From Actinomycetota bacterium (GTDB lineage: Bacteria > Actinomycetota > Actinomycetes > Mycobacteriales > Mycobacteriaceae): DNA of 64,000 nucleotides. The position numbers were made by a program, and so were the translations under genes. Shown here piece after piece: positions 8,938 through 17,132 of this stretch. Each line of letters opens with the position of its first letter. The first letter of the stretch is position 1. The DNA lies in NCBI GenBank assembly GCA_034190095.1, contig JAXHTL010000002.1:8374-72373 (forward strand), given 5' to 3'. Under the pieces are notes generated by a model. The model was not told the DNA's origin and searched no databases. It was given only the letters and a program-made list of their open reading frames with translations.

Positions 8938-10261
8938 ACCGGTCGACATCGCGGCGCGGATGGTCGACCCGAAGACCTTCGAAGAGGCCATTCTGCGGAT
9001 CTTCACCAAGCGCAGCGAGCGTGGCATGGGCTTCGCGCAGGCCGCCGAGGGCGTGAGCTACTTCGCCGCGGCGACCGACCGGCAGGCGCTGGCGCGCGCG
9101 ATCGCGTCCGGCATCGCCGACGGGAGCTACCGACCGGAGCCGGTCGACCTCTGGTTCCTCGAGGCCGGCGGTAAGCGCCGCGCCGCTCACAAACCGGGGT
9201 TCATCGATCACGTCGTCGGTTCGGCACTGTTCGCGCTGCTGTCGCACAACGCCCGCTGCCATGGTCTGCCGGGGGTGTACTCCTACCTGCCCGGGCTGAC
9301 GAACGTGGCGGCGATGCGGGCTTTCGCCGGGTACCTCCGCGCTCATCGGGCACGGGTCGGCCCGTCGGTCGGGCCGGTCTACGTCATGCAGTCCGACTTC
9401 GAGAAGTACGGTGACCATCTGCCGGTGGGCCCGGACGCCGCACTGTGGCAGACCCTGCGCCGGGTGGCCTCGCTGGGCAGCACCACCGGCGACATCGACG
9501 ACCACGTCTGGGATCTCATCACCGCGCTGGTACGGCCCGTGGTGCGCGATTCCGACGGCACACACTTCACCCGGGTCAACGGCATCGCCATGGGCACTCC
9601 GCTGGTCCCGGTACTGGGCAACCTGGCGGCGGTCCCGATGGATGAGGCGATCATGGGCATCGACGGCGTCTTCTACGCCCGCTACAACGACGATTTCCTC
9701 GTCGCCCACGGCGAGCTGGCCGCGCTGCACGAGGCGGACCGGCGGATCGACGCACTCACCGACGCCTTGGGCGTCCGCCGCGCTCTGCACAAGGAGGTGC
9801 GCACCGCGTTGAGCCCGCGCGGGATCGGCGGCGCGGCGGATCCGGCGTACCGGGGGCGGGACCGCATCGATTGCCTGGGCTTGTCCGTCTCCGCCGTGGG
9901 CACCGTGAGCCTGGGGCCCACCCGCCTGCGACGGTTCATGAGGCGGATCGCGACACGCATCGACGGCGCCGCCCCTGCGCTGACACCGCTGCCTGTCGAG
10001 GAGCGGGCACGTCACCTGGTGGCAGCGACCAACGTGATGCTCGACCCGGCGAGTCCGTTTGCGGTTTCCGGGTTGTCGGCGCTACTCGAGGCCACCACCG
10101 ACCGGGGCACACTCAAAGACGTGGACTATCGCATCGCCCGCAAGATCGTTCAGGCAGCCACCCGCGCCCCGGGTGTTCGCGGCTTCCGGACGCTGCCGCC
10201 ATCGTCGTTGTACCGCCAGATGGGACTGACCTCGCTGGTGCGGGTGCGCAACTTGCGGTGA
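8927..10261 (+). CDS. stand-alone reverse transcriptase (RNA-directed DNA polymerase), unclassified group
   Basis: 444 aa. Ordered RT motifs: 1-2 'YRPEPVDLWFLEAGGKRRAAHKPGFIDHVVGSALFALL', 2a 'YSYLPGLTNVAAMRAF', A 'VYVMQSDFEKYGDHL', B 'NGIAMGTPLVPVLGNLAAVPMDEAI', C 'FYARYNDDFLVA' (YNDD at nt 9683-9694), D 'LGVRRALHKEV', E 'IDCLGLSV'. A ~120-aa helical tail follows. AGGA lies 9 nt upstream of the ATG. Confidence 0.85.
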   Translation: MPAEPVDIAARMVDPKTFEEAILRIFTKRSERGMGFAQAAEGVSYFAAATDRQALARAIASGIADGSYRPEPVDLWFLEAGGKRRAAHKPGFIDHVVGSALFALLSHNARCHGLPGVYSYLPGLTNVAAMRAFAGYLRAHRARVGPSVGPVYVMQSDFEKYGDHLPVGPDAALWQTLRRVASLGSTTGDIDDHVWDLITALVRPVVRDSDGTHFTRVNGIAMGTPLVPVLGNLAAVPMDEAIMGIDGVFYARYNDDFLVAHGELAALHEADRRIDALTDALGVRRALHKEVRTALSPRGIGGAADPAYRGRDRIDCLGLSVSAVGTVSLGPTRLRRFMRRIATRIDGAAPALTPLPVEERARHLVAATNVMLDPASPFAVSGLSALLEATTDRGTLKDVDYRIARKIVQAATRAPGVRGFRTLPPSSLYRQMGLTSLVRVRNLR

Positions 10262-10332
10262 GCGCCCGCCGCGGCCTAGCCTCGTGAGCAGGCGCGGATC
10301 CCGCATTCGTGCGGTTCAAGCGAGAGGTCACA

Positions 10333-10370
10333 GAGGTTGCGGCTTTCGGCCTCTCATTTTTGCCGTTTTT
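10333..10370 (+). terminator. intrinsic terminator-like hairpin with T-tracts downstream of the RT operon
   Basis: GAGGTTG (10333-10339) / loop CGGCTTT / CGGCCTC (10347-10353) gives a 7-bp stem including 2 G-U pairs, followed by TCATTTTTGCCGTTTTTG. The orientation fits the + strand only. Confidence 0.5.
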
Positions 10371-10409
10371 GCCCGCGCCTTTCCATCGTCTCCATCGTCC
10401 TCGGCGGTG

Positions 10410-12401
10410 TCAGGACTGGCTCTGGTTCCATTCGATCCAGCCCACCCCGGTCCGGCCGTCGGCAGCCGTGACGGTCGCCCACGCCCGCGGGAACCGGCTC
10501 AGCCGACCGTCCGGCGAGGTCAGCAGGACAGGGCCGTGGCCGTGCACGTCGATGCTCACCGCGACGCCGCCGGGTTCGTAGGTCAACTCGGTGCCGACCG
10601 GTAAGCCGTTGTCGGCGAATGTCTCCCGGGCGGTGACCTGGTGGAGTTCGACCAGCGGCTCGCCCGGGTTCTGCAGATATCCCACCGACAGCGGGTCCAT
10701 CCCGGGTATCCGGATCTCGACCCCGTGGACGTGGGTTCCGTCGTCGAGATGCAGCGCGCTCCACACCCAGTCCATCGACCACCAGTCGCGCGGCGCCCAG
10801 GAATGGTCACGCTGTCCGGCGACCGCAGACAGCTCGAAGGTCCGCCCGTCGGTGGTGACGGATCCACTGACCTGGCAGGGAATCTCGTACCGCGGAGACA
10901 TCCGGTACTGGTAGGGAGTGCCGACCGTGGTCCAGGTCAGGTCCACGTCGACCTCGACCCTCCGGCCCGACTCGCCGCGCAGGATCGCCGAGGGGTCGTC
11001 GTAGGCCTCGCCGCGGCCGCGCAGGGTGACGCCGAAGGTGCGCAGCGGCTCGCGGACGGTCATCCCGAATACGGCATCAGCGCTTCGCACCTCGGTGTGG
11101 TCGTCGGGCAGGGCCACCTCGAAGTCGAGCACCGCGACCGTGGGCATGTCCGGTCCGCACAGCACGGCGTTGATCCACGCGTGGCCCTGGTTGGGTATCA
11201 GACCGAGCCGGAACCAGCCCCCGAAGCCCTGGGCGGGGTCGGCGAAATCGAAGTACCAGCTCTCGCTCCACAGCGGCTCATCGTCGGGGGTGTGGCGCCC
11301 CTCGTCGTCGGCGCCGGGCTGCAACGGCTCCGGTGCAGGGGGCGGCAGGATGGCCAGCGCGTCGGTGTCGATCACATGCTGGCAGTGCCGCGCGATCATG
11401 GCCATGAACATCTCGTCGCCGCGCTCGGTGCGTTCGACCAGCATCGGCGACACGATCGCCATCAGCACACCGAAGAAGCTCTGGTGACGCACGCCCTCGC
11501 GGACATCGTCGAGGCTGACGCCGGAATCGGGCCCGAGCGCATCGGTGTAGGCGCTCAGCAGCGCGTCGTAGTGCTCGCGCCGCGCCGCGATCGGCAGCGC
11601 GCAGCCGAGGAAGTAGGCGACGTCGGTGAACGCCGGACCCCAGGTGACGGTCTGCCAGTCGACGACGGTCAGCGGCCGGTCCGCGCCCGGCTCGCCGAAC
11701 AGCATGTTGTCCAACCGGTAGTCGCCGTGAATCAGGCCACGCGGTCCGTCCCGGTCGGCCTCGGCGGCCATGTAGGCGTCGAAACTCGCCACCAGCCGCT
11801 CGCAGACGTGGCGGTGCTCATCGCTGACCTGGTCGCGGTACCGGTCGATGAATCCGGCGTAGAGGGTGGTGATCAGGCCCTGGTTCACCGGCGATCCGCC
11901 GCCCAGCCGGTCGGCGGCGGCCAGCGTGCCGTCGTTGAGCAGCGGCCCGTGCACGAGGGCGAGCTGGGTCAGCGCCAGGTGCGCCTGCTCGGCTGTCGCG
12001 CCGCGGACCTCGTCGCCGACGACGGCCGGCGCGGCGTCGCCGAGCAGCAGGTCGAACGCCCCGGTCGACGGGTCGTAGGCGGCGTGGTGGCACGGCGCGA
12101 TCGGGCCGCCGAGGCCGGGGGCGATGTCGGTGTAGAAACCCACCTCGCGCTGGTAGAGCCCCATCGCCAGGCCGGTCTGCCGACTGCTGGTGTCGGCCGC
12201 GGCGACCTTGAGCACGACAGAGCCGGGACCGGACTCGCCGTCGGCGTACTGCAGGCCGACGCGGTAGCACTCACTCATCTGGCCGGTGCCGATGCGGTCG
12301 ACGGTGAACCCGGATACTCCGTGACCGAGCACCTCGGTGAGCCAGTCGGCCGTCAGATCGGTGGGACGTTCGAGCAGGCGTGGACGCAGCGACGAGGACA
12401 C
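10410..12401 (-). CDS. APH/EcKL-type phosphotransferase fused to a C-terminal beta-rich domain of unknown function
   Basis: 663 aa. Kinase catalytic loop 'IHGDYRLDNMLF' and 'VVDWQT'. The C-terminal ~300 aa align with the stand-alone protein at 27809-28948 (shared 'W-S-[DE]-x-x-YF', 'EPL' and 'DGR...G.RD' blocks). Confidence 0.85.
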   Translation of the reverse strand: MSSSLRPRLLERPTDLTADWLTEVLGHGVSGFTVDRIGTGQMSECYRVGLQYADGESGPGSVVLKVAAADTSSRQTGLAMGLYQREVGFYTDIAPGLGGPIAPCHHAAYDPSTGAFDLLLGDAAPAVVGDEVRGATAEQAHLALTQLALVHGPLLNDGTLAAADRLGGGSPVNQGLITTLYAGFIDRYRDQVSDEHRHVCERLVASFDAYMAAEADRDGPRGLIHGDYRLDNMLFGEPGADRPLTVVDWQTVTWGPAFTDVAYFLGCALPIAARREHYDALLSAYTDALGPDSGVSLDDVREGVRHQSFFGVLMAIVSPMLVERTERGDEMFMAMIARHCQHVIDTDALAILPPPAPEPLQPGADDEGRHTPDDEPLWSESWYFDFADPAQGFGGWFRLGLIPNQGHAWINAVLCGPDMPTVAVLDFEVALPDDHTEVRSADAVFGMTVREPLRTFGVTLRGRGEAYDDPSAILRGESGRRVEVDVDLTWTTVGTPYQYRMSPRYEIPCQVSGSVTTDGRTFELSAVAGQRDHSWAPRDWWSMDWVWSALHLDDGTHVHGVEIRIPGMDPLSVGYLQNPGEPLVELHQVTARETFADNGLPVGTELTYEPGGVAVSIDVHGHGPVLLTSPDGRLSRFPRAWATVTAADGRTGVGWIEWNQSQS

Positions 12402-12470
12402 CGGGCCAACGTATACCGGCCCCGGGGGCTGGCACGGCGGATCCGCCGAATCGAATTGACGCCCGTCAAC

Positions 12471-12941
12471 TCACCCGGAAGGTCGGGGGTCCCTCTCCCG
12501 CGGCGCCCTGTCGAGCCACCGGGCGATCCTCGGCTCCAGGACCGCCAACAGTGCGGCGACGACGAACCACAGCAGCGAAATGACGATGGTGGTGTTCCAG
12601 GCGTCGTCGGAGACGCCGTATTCGTCCTCGTCGTGGAAGAACGGGGTCACGATCAGGTGCTCGATCGCCGGCGCGATCGCGATGCACAGGGCCAGGCCCG
12701 TGGTGGCACCGAACGCCGCACGCAGCAGGAATGTCCGCGGGGTGCGTCCCGGCGGCGCGGCGCGATGGTGTCCCAACAGGATCGTCAGCAGCAACAGCCC
12801 GATGATGACGGCGAGAAGATCCCAGTCGCCGTCGGCGAAGATGAACGCCACCGCGCCCGCGACAGTGGCCAGCGCCATCGCACCGGGATCGACCCGTGGC
12901 TGCTCGTAGCCCGTCGCCGGCTCTGCGCGGTCCCCCATCAC
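12471..12941 (-). CDS. hypothetical membrane protein
   Basis: 156 aa with about 4 hydrophobic helices. GC3-rich. No motif recognised. Confidence 0.55.
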   Translation of the reverse strand: MMGDRAEPATGYEQPRVDPGAMALATVAGAVAFIFADGDWDLLAVIIGLLLLTILLGHHRAAPPGRTPRTFLLRAAFGATTGLALCIAIAPAIEHLIVTPFFHDEDEYGVSDDAWNTTIVISLLWFVVAALLAVLEPRIARWLDRAPRERDPRPSG

Positions 12942-13051
12942 GTCACTGTAGAGCGTCGAGGCCGGCCGAGGGTGGCTACCACCGGCAGGTTGAGCCGGCG
13001 GCGACGTGGGTACCGTCCGACATGGTGTACGGCAACCGAGACGGAGGGCAG

Positions 13052-14041
13052 ATGAAGGTATTGATCACCGGCGGCACCGGATTCGTCGGGGCCTGGACCG
13101 CCCGGGCCGTCCAGGATGCCGGCCACCAGGTGCGCTTCCTGGTGCGCAACGTCGGCCGGTTGTCCACCAGCGCCGGGCAGATCGGGGTCGACATCGGCGA
13201 CCACGTCACCGGCGACATCGCCGACGGTGAGTCCACCGCGCGGGCCCTCGACGGCTGTGATGCCGTCATCCATTGCGCAGCAATGGTGTCCACCGACCCC
13301 AACCGCGCCGACGAGATGCTGCACACCAATCTGGAAGGCGCCCGCAACATCCTGGGCGGCGCCGCCGCGGCAGGTATCGACCCGATCGTGCACGTGTCGA
13401 GCTTCACCGCGCTGTTCCGCCCGGGACTCGAGACACTGCACGCCGATCTGCCGGTGGTCGGCGGCAGCGACGGCTACGGACGGTCCAAGGCGGCGGTCGA
13501 GGCCTACGCCCGGGGTCTGCAGGACGGCGGAGCGCCGGTGGCCATCACCTACCCCGGCATGGTGCTGGGTCCGCCGGCCGGCGACCAGTTCGGTGAAGCC
13601 GCCGAGGGCGTCGAGGCGGCGGTGAAGATGCACGGCGTGCCCGGGCGCAGCGCCGCCTGGATCGTGATCGACGTCCGCGATCTCGGCGCACTGCACGTCG
13701 CGCTGCTGGAGCCGGGGCGGGGTCCGCGCCGCTACATGGCCGGCGGCCAGCGCGTCACGGTGGACCGGCTGGCCTCGATGATCGGCGACGCGGCACAGAA
13801 GTCGCTGGCGGTCTTCCCGGTGCCGGATGTGGCGCTGCGCAGCGTCGGGCGGCTGCTCGACGTCGTCGGCCCGTATCTGCCGGTCGAGACGCCGATCAAC
13901 TCCGCGGCGATGCAGTACTACACCCAGATGCCCACCTCCGATGACGGGCCCAGCGCGCGTGAACTCGGCATCGTCCAGCGCGATCCGGCCGAGACGATCG
14001 CCGACACGGTGGCCGGGCTCGAACGCGTGGGCCGGCTCTGA
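13052..14041 (+). CDS. NAD-dependent epimerase/dehydratase (extended SDR)
   Basis: ATG at 13052 preceded by GGAGGG. N-terminus 'MKVLITGGTGFVGAWTARAV' (GxxGxxG). The track ORF starting at 12896 is trimmed to this start. Confidence 0.85.
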   Translation: MKVLITGGTGFVGAWTARAVQDAGHQVRFLVRNVGRLSTSAGQIGVDIGDHVTGDIADGESTARALDGCDAVIHCAAMVSTDPNRADEMLHTNLEGARNILGGAAAAGIDPIVHVSSFTALFRPGLETLHADLPVVGGSDGYGRSKAAVEAYARGLQDGGAPVAITYPGMVLGPPAGDQFGEAAEGVEAAVKMHGVPGRSAAWIVIDVRDLGALHVALLEPGRGPRRYMAGGQRVTVDRLASMIGDAAQKSLAVFPVPDVALRSVGRLLDVVGPYLPVETPINSAAMQYYTQMPTSDDGPSARELGIVQRDPAETIADTVAGLERVGRL

Positions 14042-14899
14042 TCACAGCTCCAGGCCCACCAGACGCAGGTGCAGCGCGGCCGCGGTAGCCGGTCCGACGA
14101 TGCCGTCGACGCGCAACCCGGGCGTGCGGCGCTGGAACTCGCGCACCGCGGCCTCGGTGTCGGGGCCGAACTCCCCGGTGATCTCGAGGTCGCCGGCATA
14201 GGACGCGTAGGCGAATTTGAGCCGACGCTGCAGTTCGGCGACCTGCGGGCCGTATGTCCCGCGGTAGAGCAGCACGTCGGCGTAGGCGCCGACCGGCACC
14301 GGGGGCCGCGGCGCCGTCGCCCTCGGCACGGCGCCGATCTGCCGCGCCACGTCGGCCCGCAGCCGATCCATGTCGATCGCGCCGGGATCCCACTTTCCCT
14401 GTGCCCGGCCGGCGTACTCCTTGTGCCCGATGGTGCGGCCCGCGGGCTGACCGAGCCGCCGGCTGATCGCCGCGCAGGATCCGACCAGCGCGAAATACTG
14501 TGCATCGGGCCAGTTCTGGCGGTGCGGCGCGAACGGGCCGGTACCCGAGTTGGCGCACTCGATACCGATGGTGTGCCAGTTGCCCATGTTCACCGGAAGC
14601 CACGGGTACATCCCGACCCCGGCGTGCCACGCCACCCCGGCGGCCACCACCGTCACCGCGCCGCTGCGGTCGATGTGCAGCTGCGACAGCGGGCCGGCCA
14701 GGTCCGGACGCCCGCCGGCGATGGAGGCCGCGGTGGCGAAATCCGAGCCGGTGTGGTGCACCATCACCCCGCGAATGTCCTTGAAGTCACCGTGGCCGCG
14801 CTGTCGCCAACCGGGGAACTCGGCCACCTCCAGACCTTCGGCGCGCAGCACCTCGGGTAACCACACCGGGTCGCCGCGCCACGCGGGGACCTGTGGCAT
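14042..14899 (-). CDS. N-acetylmuramoyl-L-alanine amidase (Amidase_2/PGRP type) with C-terminal peptidoglycan-binding domain
   Basis: 285 aa. The amidase core includes 'MVHHTGS...AWHAG...IGIECAN'. The C-terminal PG_binding_1-like repeat reads 'VAELQRRLK...GEFGPDTEAAVREFQRR..L.VDGIVGPAT'. Confidence 0.8.
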   Translation of the reverse strand: MPQVPAWRGDPVWLPEVLRAEGLEVAEFPGWRQRGHGDFKDIRGVMVHHTGSDFATAASIAGGRPDLAGPLSQLHIDRSGAVTVVAAGVAWHAGVGMYPWLPVNMGNWHTIGIECANSGTGPFAPHRQNWPDAQYFALVGSCAAISRRLGQPAGRTIGHKEYAGRAQGKWDPGAIDMDRLRADVARQIGAVPRATAPRPPVPVGAYADVLLYRGTYGPQVAELQRRLKFAYASYAGDLEITGEFGPDTEAAVREFQRRTPGLRVDGIVGPATAAALHLRLVGLEL

Positions 14900-15035
14900 C
14901 GGGAACGGCTCCTCTGGCGGCGCGGGGGCGGGGACCCCACCAACCTACGCGCCGGACACCCGACCGGGAACCGTGCCGCAGAGCGGTGCCCGGACATTAA
15001 GGTGGTGCCGGTCCCCCGATCCGAAGAGGTGTCTC

Positions 15036-15434
15036 GTGCAGTCGTTCCGTGAAGCCGTCGAAGCCCGCGATACCGACGCGATGGCAGCGTTGCTGGCCGA
15101 CGACGTCGTGTTCACCAGCCCGGTGGCGTTCAAGCCGTACCCCGGAAAGCCCATCACCGCCGCGATTCTGCGCGGGGTCATGCGGGTGTTCGAGGACTTC
15201 CGCTACGTCCGCGAGATCACCGATGCCGAAGGCCGTGATCACGCGCTGGTCTTCGAAGCGACCGTGGCGGGCAAGAAGATCACCGGATGCGACTTCCTGC
15301 ACGTCAACGACGACGGGCTGATCGACGACTTCATGGTCATGGTGCGGCCGCTGTCGGGGGCCACCGCGCTGGCCGACGCGATGGGCGCCCAGTTCGACCG
15401 GATCCAGCGGGAGGCCGCCGAGGTCAGCGGCTGA
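15036..15434 (+). CDS. SnoaL-like / NTF2-fold protein
   Basis: GTG at 15036 with GAAGAGG upstream. 132 aa, 'FREAVEARDTDAMAALLADDVVFTSPVAF'. The track ORF starting at 14550 is trimmed. Confidence 0.65.
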   Translation: MQSFREAVEARDTDAMAALLADDVVFTSPVAFKPYPGKPITAAILRGVMRVFEDFRYVREITDAEGRDHALVFEATVAGKKITGCDFLHVNDDGLIDDFMVMVRPLSGATALADAMGAQFDRIQREAAEVSG

Positions 15435-15462
15435 GCGGTCGCAGCCCGCGCGGTCGCCCCGG

Positions 15463-16311
15463 GTGCGTGCGACCATCGAGGTGATGCTCCCCGCCGACAA
15501 CCACGTCCACTCCCGGTGGTCCTGGGACACGGCCGAGAGCTCGACGATGGAACGCGAATGCGAGCAGGCCCTCCGGCGCGGCATTCCTGCGGTGGCCTTC
15601 ACCGAGCACGTCGACTTCACCGACTGGGGCGCCGGCGACCCCGGCTCCGAGTCGTCGTTGCGGATCGGCGACCGGCCCGGGGTGGCCCCCTTCGACGTCG
15701 AGGGCTACCGCGCGAACATCGCGCGGTGCCGCCGGATGTTCCCCGGCCTGCGCGTCCTGTCCGGTATCGAGGCCGGTGAACCACACCACTTCTCGGCGAG
15801 CGTCACACGGATCCTCGCGTCCGGTGACTTCGACCGGGTGTTGGGCAGCCTGCACGGCATCGAGTGCGACGGAACGCTGCAGAGCATCGATTCGGCCCTG
15901 TTCGCCGACCACGATCCGCACGAGCTGATGGAACGCTATTTCACCGACATGGTCACGCTGGTGGAACGTTCGCAGCTGTTCTCCGTCCTGGCCCACTGCG
16001 ACTACCCGCGCCGCTACTGGCCCGGCCACCGGGTCGGCCCCTATCGGGAAGCCGACTACGAGGAGCACTACCGGACCGTGTTCTCCGCGTTGGCCCCGTC
16101 CCAGCGGGCGTTGGAGGTCAACACCAAATCGCCCCTGCACTCAGTCGAGCTGGTCCGCTGGTGGTACCAGCAGGGCGGTGAGGCGGTGTCGTTCGGCAGC
16201 GACGCCCACCGGCCCGACCGCGTCGGCGACCAGTTCGAACTCGCCGTCGACATCGTCGAGGCCGCCGGTTTCCGTCCGGGCCGCGACCGATTCGACTTCT
16301 GGCGCCGCTGA
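15463..16311 (+). CDS. PHP-domain phosphoesterase (histidinol-phosphatase family)
   Basis: 282 aa. PHP metal motifs 'DNHVHSRWSWD', 'FTEHVDF' and 'GSDAH'. The start could instead be the ATG at 15484. Confidence 0.8.
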   Translation: MRATIEVMLPADNHVHSRWSWDTAESSTMERECEQALRRGIPAVAFTEHVDFTDWGAGDPGSESSLRIGDRPGVAPFDVEGYRANIARCRRMFPGLRVLSGIEAGEPHHFSASVTRILASGDFDRVLGSLHGIECDGTLQSIDSALFADHDPHELMERYFTDMVTLVERSQLFSVLAHCDYPRRYWPGHRVGPYREADYEEHYRTVFSALAPSQRALEVNTKSPLHSVELVRWWYQQGGEAVSFGSDAHRPDRVGDQFELAVDIVEAAGFRPGRDRFDFWRR

Positions 16312-16319
16312 GCGCGCCA

Positions 16320-17132
16320 CTACTCGTAGTTGATTCCGCCCAGCCGGAAGTCCGTTGCGCTGAAGTCGATCTGAGCAGCCGGGTTGGCGACCGCGGTGGT
16401 CAGACCCGACCCGAATGCTCCGAGGCTGTCGAACAAGGTCGCCGTCCCCACCGCGATGCCCCCAGCGGCGTGGTGCGAGACCGCCTGGATGCCGATCCAC
16501 TCGTCGACGGGTAGCCGCGAAAACGCCACGGTCAGATCGCCGTTGATGTAGCCCACCCCGGAACTGCCCAGGTTGGTGACCAGGCTGGTGGCTTCGGCCA
16601 CCGTGGCCGCCCGCAGGAACGGCGAGTTGGTCTGGCCTGCCACGATGCTGATGGAGTCGTTGAAAAACCTTTTACGTGAAGCATTCTGGTGCTCTGCAGG
16701 AGAACGGGTCCAGCCCGCGTCGTCACTTCCGACGAAGGGAAAGACCGCGCCGTCGGGATCCGGCGGCGCGGGGAACTCGTCCGCGGCGGTCCACAGCTCT
16801 CCCGGCGGCGCCGCTGACGGGCGGAACTGCAGCAACGTCGCCCTCGCCACGGAGTGGCCGTTCTGCAGAACCTCGCACACCGCACTGTGGACCCGGCGCC
16901 CTTCCCGGACCACACTGACATCGACCGTGGTCTGCGCGTTGCGGGCTGCCCGCAGCAGGTCCACGGTCAGCCGCGCCGGTTGGAAATCGACCGACCCGCA
17001 CTCGCGTTCGAGGGCCAGGGCGGCCAGCCCCACCACCGCCGGCCCGTTGAGATGGTCATCGCCCCAATGACTGTGCGCATATGCCGTCGGTTCGAAGCCG
17101 TCGCCGGAGACGGTGAAGTACGCCGCGACCAC
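16320..17132 (-). CDS. thioesterase-like (TesB/4HBT_3-type) protein
   Basis: 270 aa, double hot-dog-like sequence ('HWGDDHLNGPAVVGL...'). The GTG start directly follows the stop of the upstream SDR gene. Confidence 0.65.
   Translation of the reverse strand: MVAAYFTVSGDGFEPTAYAHSHWGDDHLNGPAVVGLAALALERECGSVDFQPARLTVDLLRAARNAQTTVDVSVVREGRRVHSAVCEVLQNGHSVARATLLQFRPSAAPPGELWTAADEFPAPPDPDGAVFPFVGSDDAGWTRSPAEHQNASRKRFFNDSISIVAGQTNSPFLRAATVAEATSLVTNLGSSGVGYINGDLTVAFSRLPVDEWIGIQAVSHHAAGGIAVGTATLFDSLGAFGSGLTTAVANPAAQIDFSATDFRLGGINYE

Noticed and set aside
6756-10015. Alternative long ORFs over the RT module (6756..9056 +, 6844..8580 -, 8189..10015 -)
   Set aside because: Their translations are Arg/Pro/Gly-rich with no motifs. 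The chosen frames give coherent TM helices and a complete ordered RT motif set with GC-rich third positions.
8927-10261. RT as a group II intron maturase, retron RT or DGR RT
   Set aside because: There is no maturase X or En domain. The RT is translationally coupled to an upstream protein gene rather than embedded in intron RNA. I saw no flanking a1/a2-type long inverted repeats or msr/msd-like region, no template/variable repeat pair, and motif 4 is not DGR-like. This is by eye only and needs covariance-model and repeat searches.
10641-13055. 804-aa + strand ORF
   Set aside because: It is antisense to the kinase fusion and the membrane protein, with junk composition.
14042-14899. Amidase_2 plus PG-binding protein as a prophage endolysin
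   Set aside because: No integrase, holin, capsid, tail or att-like repeats lie nearby. The neighbours are ordinary metabolic genes, so a host cell-wall hydrolase is the simpler reading.
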